Source: Minisyncoccota bacterium | Lineage (GTDB): Bacteria > Patescibacteriota > Microgenomatia > UBA1400 > PJMF01 | Reading direction: 5' to 3' | DNA length: 34,812 nucleotides | Assembly: GCA_012799795.1 (NCBI GenBank) | Contig: JAAZKO010000016.1 | Span: 1-34,812 of the forward strand | Part shown: positions 28,408 to 34,812 of the stretch, one piece after another | Layout of the letters: every line of letters starts with the position of its first letter | Position numbering within the stretch: the stretch's first letter is position 1 | The notes under the pieces: generated by a model | Told to the model about the DNA's origin: nothing | What the model saw: only the letters and a program-made list of their open reading frames with translations | The model's database searches: none | Position numbers and translations under genes: made by a program

Positions 28408-28427
28408 AGTTCTTTTATAATAACCTT
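28408..28427. promoter_or_regulatory. overlapping divergent -10 elements, putative leaderless promoters of recJ and cca
   Basis: In the 20-bp gap, + strand TATAAT (28416-28421) is 6 nt before the cca ATG and - strand TATAAA (28419-28414) is 6 nt before the recJ ATG. Confidence 0.55.
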
Positions 28428-30047
28428 ATGCAGTTAAATTTGCCATTTGAATCACTTTACATCATTTATGCTCTACAAGAAGCCGGTTTTGAAGCTTATT
28501 TGGTCGGAGGAGCTGTTCGCGACTTAGTTCTTAAGCAAGAAGGTATTAAAGATTTTGATTTCGCTACTAACGCTAAGCCAGAAGAAATTCAAAATATTTT
28601 TCCTGAAAGTTTCTATGAAAATCAATTTGGTACTGTTAGCATTACTCATGAAAAACTATTAAATCAAATTCTTAATAAAGACTTAAGTTTACCTAAACAA
28701 AATTTATACAAAAGATTATTAGATGAAGAAAAGAAAATTTTTGAAAAAAATCAAAAAGGAAAAATCATTAATTTAAAAGAAGCTAAAAAAATTCATCACT
28801 CATTAAAAAATAAAGCTTTAGCTTCAAAAAAAATTTTAGATAAAAAAATTTTTCGTACATCTCTACCTCCATTTGAAATAACAACTTTTCGCAATGACGG
28901 TGACTATGCGGATCATCGTCGTCCTGATTCTGTTGTTTGGGGAAAGAAAATTAGTGATGATTTAAACCGTCGTGATTTTACTATTAACGCCATGGCTATT
29001 GAAATAAATAATAAGTATTTAAATAAAATATTTAAACAAAATAAAAATATTCAAGAAAGATATCAATTGGAAGCTAATAATTGGCAGCTAATTGACCAGT
29101 ATCAAGGATTTAAAGATCTAAAAAATAAATTAATTAGAACGGTGGCTGATCCTGATCAGCGTTTTGCAGAAGATGCTTTACGAATGCTCAGAGCAATTCG
29201 CTTAGCAGTACAGCTAAATATGAAACTGGAAAAGGAAACTTATCTTTCTATTCAAAAAAATAAAGATTTATTGCGATTTGTTAGTTTTGAGCGAATTGGC
29301 GCAGAAATGATAAAAATTTTAGCTTCTGATCATCCTGCTAACGGAATTAAACTTTTAGACGAAACCGGTCTACTAAATTATATAATCCCGGAATTAAAAC
29401 TTGGTAAAAAAATGGATCAACCCGGTCACCACACTACAGATGTTTGGGTGCATAGTCTTGACGCTTTAGAGGCTTGTCCAAGCTCCGATCCAATAGTTCG
29501 TTTAGCTACACTGCTTCATGATGTTGGCAAACCAGAAACATATGTTGAAAAGGATAAGGAAATTACTTTTTACAATCACGAAGTCTTGGGTTCAAGAATC
29601 GCTAGTAAAATTGCTAAAAGACTGCGCTTGTCAAAAAAAGATGTTCAAAGAATTTTTATTCTCGTTCGTTACCACATGTTTTATTATCAACCCAAACATA
29701 GTGATGCTTCTGTGAGACGCTTCATTAAGAAAGTTGGATTAGAAAATATTGACAACATTCTTGACTTGCGAGAAGGTGATCGTTTGGGCAGTGGAGCAAA
29801 AAAAACTAGTTGGCGCTTAGAAGAATTCAAAGAACGAATTATTGAACAGCTTAATCAACCCATGGATCTAAGTGATTTAGAAATAAATGGCCAGACTCTA
29901 ATTAAAGAATTAAAACTCAAGCCCAGTCCAATTATAGGTCAAATTTTAAATGAACTTTTAGAAAAAGTTTTACAAAATCCTGAAATCAACAAAAAAGGGA
30001 CACTGATTAACGAGGCTAAAAAAATTCTAAAAAAAGGTAAAAAATAA
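28428..30047 (+). CDS. cca: CCA tRNA nucleotidyltransferase with HD domain
   Basis: YLVGGAVRD, DFDFAT, EITTFR, DLNRRDFTINAMA, RFAEDALRMLRA, SFERI and LLHDVGKP. Confidence 0.92.
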   Translation: MQLNLPFESLYIIYALQEAGFEAYLVGGAVRDLVLKQEGIKDFDFATNAKPEEIQNIFPESFYENQFGTVSITHEKLLNQILNKDLSLPKQNLYKRLLDEEKKIFEKNQKGKIINLKEAKKIHHSLKNKALASKKILDKKIFRTSLPPFEITTFRNDGDYADHRRPDSVVWGKKISDDLNRRDFTINAMAIEINNKYLNKIFKQNKNIQERYQLEANNWQLIDQYQGFKDLKNKLIRTVADPDQRFAEDALRMLRAIRLAVQLNMKLEKETYLSIQKNKDLLRFVSFERIGAEMIKILASDHPANGIKLLDETGLLNYIIPELKLGKKMDQPGHHTTDVWVHSLDALEACPSSDPIVRLATLLHDVGKPETYVEKDKEITFYNHEVLGSRIASKIAKRLRLSKKDVQRIFILVRYHMFYYQPKHSDASVRRFIKKVGLENIDNILDLREGDRLGSGAKKTSWRLEEFKERIIEQLNQPMDLSDLEINGQTLIKELKLKPSPIIGQILNELLEKVLQNPEINKKGTLINEAKKILKKGKK

Positions 30048-30069
30048 TTTAATTATTAATTGTTTATTT

Positions 30070-30951
30070 CTAACTTTTTCGATTAGCTAATTCTTCCCAC
30101 ACTAATAATATTGGTACCGCAATAAAACTACTAGAATAAGTACCGGTTATAGCACCAATCAACAAAGCAAGGGAAAAATAACGGACACTTTCTCCACCCA
30201 ATAATACTAATGACAAAAGCATAATAATAATGGTAATCGAGTCATTAATTGATCGACCCAAGGTTTTCCAAACAGCCGCATTAGCTATTTCCGTCAAAGA
30301 TAAATGCCGATGCTTCTTTTTTAATTCTCTAATCCGATTATAGACAACCACCGTATCGTGAATAGAAAAAGAAAGAGTGGTCAAAATAGCAGTTACAAAT
30401 AGAACATCAACTTCAACCCCTTTGAAATGGCCTAATAAGCTAAAAATGCCTAATAAAATTAGTGAATCATGAAACATAGCTAGCACTGCTGAAACACCGT
30501 ATTTAAGATCGTGAAATTGCTGCCAAATATAAATAACAATTACTGCAGCGACAAGAAAGATGGCGGTGATCGTCTTTTTTAATAGTTCTTGACCTAAAAT
30601 AGGACCAACGCTTTCAAAGCGCAATAACTCTAATTCTCCAAATTTTTCTCTAATTAAATCTAATACTATTTCTTTTTCTTCATTAGTGATTTCTTGACCA
30701 CGTAAAATTAAACTGTCTTGACCAGTCTCTTGAACGGTGTCAATAGAAAAAATTTCTTCCAAATCATCTTTAAGAATAGTCTCTTGATAGTCTTGAGTTT
30801 TTTCTTCTTCAATAAATTTAATTTCTAATAAACTGCCACCTTTAAAATCAATAGACGGTCTTAAACCAAAAAAAACTAAGGAAATCAATCCAGGAATTAA
30901 AAAAAATGCCGAAATCAAAAAAAATATTTTTTTATACTTCATTAAATTCAT
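30070..30951 (-). CDS. secF: protein translocase subunit SecF
   Basis: SIDFKGGS, VGPILGQEL, FHD, FSIHDTVVVYNRIRE and GTYSSSFIA. Confidence 0.95.
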   Translation of the reverse strand: MNLMKYKKIFFLISAFFLIPGLISLVFFGLRPSIDFKGGSLLEIKFIEEEKTQDYQETILKDDLEEIFSIDTVQETGQDSLILRGQEITNEEKEIVLDLIREKFGELELLRFESVGPILGQELLKKTITAIFLVAAVIVIYIWQQFHDLKYGVSAVLAMFHDSLILLGIFSLLGHFKGVEVDVLFVTAILTTLSFSIHDTVVVYNRIRELKKKHRHLSLTEIANAAVWKTLGRSINDSITIIIMLLSLVLLGGESVRYFSLALLIGAITGTYSSSFIAVPILLVWEELANRKS

Positions 30952-32342
30952 GACTTGAACTCCTTAGCTTTAATAATCGGCACCAGTTGTCTAACTAAAA
31001 TCCTAGTAACAGTTACTCCTGTAAACATACTCAGCAAACTCCCAAGCAAAAAAGTGACACCAAAACCCTTAATTAAACCGCTGGTATTTAAGAAGGAAAA
31101 ATTCAGTGGATTAATCAAAACCAAAGCACTAACTATAGAAGCTAAATTAGCATCTTTAACAGTGTCCCACGCTCGACCAAAGCCTAATTCGATTGATTCT
31201 GCATAGCTTCGTCCTGCTCGTTGCTCCTCCTTCATTCTTTCAAAAATTAAAATATTAGCGTCGACTGCCATACCAATTGTTAATATCAAACCAGCAATTC
31301 CAGGCAAAGTTAGAACCACTCCAATTATCTTATAGAGAGCTATTGTTAAAATTGCATAAATTAATAAAGCTATAGAAGAAATTACTCCCACCCAGCCATA
31401 ATATAAGATCATAAACAAAATCACTAAACTTAAACCTATTAAGCCCGCATTAATACTTTTTTGCACCGATTCATCGCCCAAACTAGCACCTATATTTTTT
31501 TGTTCCAATACTTCAATGTTTACTGGTAATGCTCCAGCATTCAATTGAATAGCTAAATTTTTAGCCTCTTCAACAGTAAAATCACCTGTCATTACTGCTC
31601 GACCATCTAAAATCGCACTAGATATGCTTGGCGTAACCACGGGATAAGCATCAATAAAAATGGCCAGGATTTTATCAATATTGTTTTTAGTGATTTCAGC
31701 AAAAAGATCTCGACCCTCATCATTAAATTCCAAAATTATTTGAGGTTTAGCGGTTTGCTGATCGAATTGTAATTGTGCTTTTTTTAGTTGCTGACCGGTT
31801 AGTCCTGTTGACACAAAATATAAATCTAAAAAATTAGCTGACTGAGTGGCTTCAGCAAGCTCTTCTTCACTCAATTCTCTCTCTAAGCGAAATTCTAATT
31901 CAGCTGTTCTCCCAACCAACTCTAAAGCTTGCTGGGGATCCTCTACACCGGGTAATTCCACAATTAAACGGTAGTCATCCTCTAAACGAGCAGCCTGAAT
32001 AGTTGGCTCACTAATTCCATATAAATCAACTCTTCGGCTAATAATTTCTCGTGCAGATTCTAAAGCTGTTTCTCTATCTTCTAGCGCTATCTCATCCATT
32101 TTGGCCCGAAGCACTACCTGCATTCCACCTTGAATATCTAAACCTTTTTTTAATTCAAAATCTTTGTAAATGTGTTTGCCCCAAAAATAAAAATCGATAG
32201 CTTGTTTATTAATTTCAAATTGGATTTTTTTGGAAAAAAAATTCGTATCAATAGTAAGTCGTTTGGGGAAAGCAATATAGCCTGCTATAACGGTTAATAT
32301 GAGCAGCCACAAAAGAGATTTGGTGTTTGATTTTTTATTCAT
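30948..32342 (-). CDS. secD: protein translocase subunit SecD
   Basis: GLDIQGG, RRVDLYGISEP, LNAGALP, IGASLG and TLPGIAGLILTIGMAVDANILIFER. ATGA overlap with secF. Confidence 0.96.
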   Translation of the reverse strand: MNKKSNTKSLLWLLILTVIAGYIAFPKRLTIDTNFFSKKIQFEINKQAIDFYFWGKHIYKDFELKKGLDIQGGMQVVLRAKMDEIALEDRETALESAREIISRRVDLYGISEPTIQAARLEDDYRLIVELPGVEDPQQALELVGRTAELEFRLERELSEEELAEATQSANFLDLYFVSTGLTGQQLKKAQLQFDQQTAKPQIILEFNDEGRDLFAEITKNNIDKILAIFIDAYPVVTPSISSAILDGRAVMTGDFTVEEAKNLAIQLNAGALPVNIEVLEQKNIGASLGDESVQKSINAGLIGLSLVILFMILYYGWVGVISSIALLIYAILTIALYKIIGVVLTLPGIAGLILTIGMAVDANILIFERMKEEQRAGRSYAESIELGFGRAWDTVKDANLASIVSALVLINPLNFSFLNTSGLIKGFGVTFLLGSLLSMFTGVTVTRILVRQLVPIIKAKEFKS

Positions 32343-32362
32343 GAAAGAGTTTATTTAAATTA

Positions 32363-32962
32363 TTAACTAGTTGGTAAATCTCGATGACAAAACTCATTTT
32401 CATCACCAATAATCATCACTCTCACACCATATAAAACCTCCATCACAAAGGGGTCTCTACGTGTTTTTCTAAATTCAAACTCATCCGCACTAAGCACTGC
32501 ATAATTAATTTCTCGACCCAACTCCTTTTGTTCTGCCCTAATTAATTCTTCTAATTCGGCTAAAACTACATCTCCAATAAATAAAATATCTAACTCATCG
32601 ACTCGTGGTGCCTGGCGACTAGCAAAAGTCCCAGAAAACATTACAAACGACAAAGACCCTAATTTACGTCTATTGCGACGAATCTTTTTACCTAAACCAG
32701 TGCTTTTAGCCACAACTCTTTGTAATTCCTGATGATAGAGATAGCGTTTATTGAGGTAATAATATAAACGATTGCCTCGCTGCTCACTCTTTAACAAACC
32801 ACAATCCAACATTCTCTCCAATTCCCTTCTGACTGCATTAATTTCTTCTTTAACCAAACGAGTGATTTCTCGAACATAATACATCTCTTCCGGATTTTTA
32901 TAAAATAATTCCAGAACTTTCACTCTAACTTTGGAGATTAATAAATCATTAAGACAGGACAT
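32363..32962 (-). CDS. ArsR-like winged HTH fused to a minimal nucleotidyltransferase-like domain
   Basis: SKVRVKVL...YYVREITR...INAVRRELERM...GLLKSEQRGNRLYY (wHTH), then FVMFSGTF...ELDILFIG...GREINY (MNT-like). Confidence 0.75.
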   Translation of the reverse strand: MSCLNDLLISKVRVKVLELFYKNPEEMYYVREITRLVKEEINAVRRELERMLDCGLLKSEQRGNRLYYYLNKRYLYHQELQRVVAKSTGLGKKIRRNRRKLGSLSFVMFSGTFASRQAPRVDELDILFIGDVVLAELEELIRAEQKELGREINYAVLSADEFEFRKTRRDPFVMEVLYGVRVMIIGDENEFCHRDLPTS

Positions 32963-33062
32963 AATTATTCCTTTTTTTGTTAAGTATTTTTTGAAATCAA
33001 AATTTACTCAATTTTACGTGATTGAAATAAAAAAAACAAGTGATAAGTTTGAAACAATTATT

Positions 33063-33089
33063 ATAAAAAAGCCGGCAAAAGCCGGCTTA
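33063..33089 (-). terminator. Rho-independent terminator downstream of the DUF3048 gene
   Basis: Minus strand AAGCCGGC-TTTT-GCCGGCTT followed by TTTTATAA, about 25 nt after the stop at 33115. Confidence 0.8.
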
Positions 33090-33114
33090 TTAATTACGAA
33101 TTTATTCTTAAAAA

Positions 33115-34302
33115 TTAATAGCCAACTTCACTGCCAGTGGCCAAAACACTAATCCAAATCTGTCCGGGAGCTAGCTCAACTGCTTTACCCCTTACATCAG
33201 TGAATTCTAATTCTGCTTCGCGACTTAATTTATTCCAATTGGCTTCAATTGCTTCTTGGCCATGTTTAAAAATGAGAGCCTTACCCTTGCCAACAGTGGT
33301 ATAAAGCATGTGTTTAAGTTCATTGATTGGTCCCTTTTCTGTAGTAAAAAGTACAATCACGGTGCTTGCGGCTATAACCTCGTCATTATTTAAATCACGC
33401 TGTTCTTCTCCAGCATTATTTCGTCGATAGGCATCTAAATTCTCATCATAATTCCATTCAACTGAGAATTGATTATAACCAGACCAAAAATCATAACTAA
33501 TCTGTCGCACTGTTCCTGGAGATTGAGCTTCTTCTTCAAACGCCCAACCCGAATAATTATCTTGCCAAGGGGCTGCAGGAATTGTTTTGCGATTTACTAT
33601 TCGCTCTGGAGTTAGATTAGTCCAATCCCTTTTAGCAGCTACTTCCCAAAGCGCTTCTGTTTCACTTTGCATAGTATGTTCGGTTTCTACGGTTTTACCT
33701 GGGATTCGCTTATAATTGCGCACAAAAGTTGGATAACCAATGGAAAACTGATCCATGTCGTTTTCGCTTCGCCAGCCATAATCAGCAATTTGACCAAGAG
33801 CGTTACTTGGTCCAGACAAATTGGCTCCGCCAACGTGCACATACATGGGCAAATTAAATCCTGAAGCCCAATCTACAAAATAAGTACGAGCACTCCGGAC
33901 TGGAGCAATTACTACGTTCTCATTTTGGGCAGCACAGTAATAAAGAGCGGCAAAACGAGTAACACCGCCCTCTGCAACAGCCTCAAAAATAACGTCAGCT
34001 CGACTTAATCCAGAATGGGGTCTTGCGCTTGGGGAATTTTCCACCATTACAAATAAAGGTCTTCTGCTCTCCCAAGCATTTTTTTCCGTTAAAGTATAGT
34101 ATTTGCCATTCAATGGACAGGCTTGGTCTTTAGCTTCATTAGGATCAATATCAAGTAATCCAGCTAAGATTGACTCTTTCTGTTCTCCTTTGGGCCCATC
34201 CAAAGCTATTGCTTTTCTAGAAAAATAAGAAAAAGTAAAAAACGAGATTAAGCTAGATGCTAAATAAAAAAACAATAAAATAATTAAATTCTTTTTAGGC
34301 AT
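33115..34302 (-). CDS. DUF3048 (YerB-like) membrane-anchored protein
   Basis: N-terminal TM helix, CPLNG, RRPLFVMVEN, ARPHSGLSRADVIFEAVAEGGVTRF, PVRSARTY, HVGG and LAPGQIWI. Confidence 0.88.
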   Translation of the reverse strand: MPKKNLIILLFFYLASSLISFFTFSYFSRKAIALDGPKGEQKESILAGLLDIDPNEAKDQACPLNGKYYTLTEKNAWESRRPLFVMVENSPSARPHSGLSRADVIFEAVAEGGVTRFAALYYCAAQNENVVIAPVRSARTYFVDWASGFNLPMYVHVGGANLSGPSNALGQIADYGWRSENDMDQFSIGYPTFVRNYKRIPGKTVETEHTMQSETEALWEVAAKRDWTNLTPERIVNRKTIPAAPWQDNYSGWAFEEEAQSPGTVRQISYDFWSGYNQFSVEWNYDENLDAYRRNNAGEEQRDLNNDEVIAASTVIVLFTTEKGPINELKHMLYTTVGKGKALIFKHGQEAIEANWNKLSREAELEFTDVRGKAVELAPGQIWISVLATGSEVGY

Positions 34303-34336
34303 AGTGCTTCACTACCTTTCTAAAAAATTAACAATC

Positions 34337-34585
34337 CTAAGTATAGCGCAAAACAATTAAAGCTAAAACTACTAAAACTACCAGGGTGACTAGCAATGTC
34401 TTTTTTAAATCCTGATTAATTAATTTTGGATCATAATTAAATAAACTAGTAATTTGCTCAGTCTTTATTATTTCTTTTTTTTCTAATTTTTGATGCGTTT
34501 TTTCACTAGCAAGTGGTTTTTTTGCAGTTTTGATTAATCTTTTTTTTGCTCTGATTTTATCAATTTTCCGACGTTTTTTTGCCAT
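34337..34585 (-). CDS. small basic protein with a single C-terminal TM helix (hypothetical)
   Basis: 82 aa with a Lys/Arg-rich N-terminus and DLKKTLLVTLVVLVVLALIVLRY at the end. It fills the gap between rseP and DUF3048 on the same strand. Confidence 0.7.
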   Translation of the reverse strand: MAKKRRKIDKIRAKKRLIKTAKKPLASEKTHQKLEKKEIIKTEQITSLFNYDPKLINQDLKKTLLVTLVVLVVLALIVLRYT

Positions 34586-34608
34586 AATTCATTTACTCAA
34601 GATCTATT

Positions 34609-34812
34609 TTAAAAAAATTTCATTACATCATTGACAGATACAAAAACCATCAACAGGATTAAAACAAAAAACCCTAAATAATTTGCCCAGTTAGCTATCT
34701 TCTCAATTTTATTTTTGGCAATCACTTTTTCTAATAATATAAAAACTGCTCGACCACCATCCAAAGCTGGAATAGGCAATAAATTCATTACCCCTAAATT
34801 TATTGATAATAG
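34609..34812 (-). CDS. rseP: RIP metalloprotease RseP (M50), C-terminal fragment; the gene continues beyond the window
   Basis: Manual translation from the window end gives LLSINLGVMNLLPIPALDGGRAVFILLEKV...SVNDVMKFF*. NLLPxPxLDGG is the M50 signature. It is absent from the ORF track. Confidence 0.9.
   Translation of the reverse strand, partial: LLSINLGVMNLLPIPALDGGRAVFILLEKVIAKNKIEKIANWANYLGFFVLILLMVFVSVNDVMKFF

Noticed and set aside
1838..33864. Short ORFs of 60-104 aa in the track lying antisense to or inside long genes (e.g. 1838..2020, 3968..4156, 6199..6405, 8243..8500, 15472..15687, 15923..16174, 17596..17799, 18917..19969 group, 22336..22539, 29518..29715, 30955..31206, 32931..33152, 33667..33864)
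   Set aside because: They are shadows of well-supported genes with no recognisable motifs. 32931..33152 also crosses a terminator and overlaps two genes.
1..34812. Genome-wide stop-codon reassignment (TAG to Gln/Pyl, or TGA to Gly as in code 25)
   Set aside because: TAG ends trmD, the GT2-GtrA gene, the regulator, DUF488, recJ, secF and the 82-aa gene at plausible C-termini. TGA ends xth, secD and the kinase. Only one internal stop was found.
1..34812. CRISPR array, tandem repeats or rRNA
   Set aside because: No regularly spaced repeats or rRNA-like tracts were seen, and intergenic gaps are all under about 200 bp.

Overview
Low-GC, very compact bacterial chromosome segment read in standard code 11 (TAA, TAG and TGA all end intact genes). 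Gene content and style suggest Patescibacteria/CPR, probably Microgenomates-like; this is inference. From left to right: (1) a surface-glycan locus (rmlC/B/D, interrupted by an antisense trmD, then ugd, rmd, gmd, two polyprenyl-phosphate sugar synthases, one fused to a GtrA-like flippase, and three GT-C membrane glycosyltransferases); (2) an odd signalling patch around tRNA-Gln(CUG), with a sensor-less histidine kinase, an OmpR-type regulator, a DUF488 gene, a membrane-anchored His-less pseudokinase and an orphan nucleotidyltransferase; (3) xth; (4) a tight minus-strand operon pflB-pflA-acetate:CoA ligase-CoaD/CoaE fusion, which looks like a self-contained fermentative ATP module with CoA finishing; (5) a glutaredoxin-DsbD/CcdA-type fusion broken by one in-frame TAG directly after its second membrane Cys, then prmC and dsbA; (6) recJ, cca, secF, secD, an HTH-nucleotidyltransferase, DUF3048, a small tail-anchored protein and the 3' end of rseP. 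Several genes appear leaderless (a -10 hexamer 6-7 nt before the start codon). I saw no CRISPR array, rRNA, integrase or transposase. The best candidates for undescribed biology are the putative split kinase/pseudokinase/regulator system, the PFL-ACD-CoaDE module and the TAG-interrupted redox protein.
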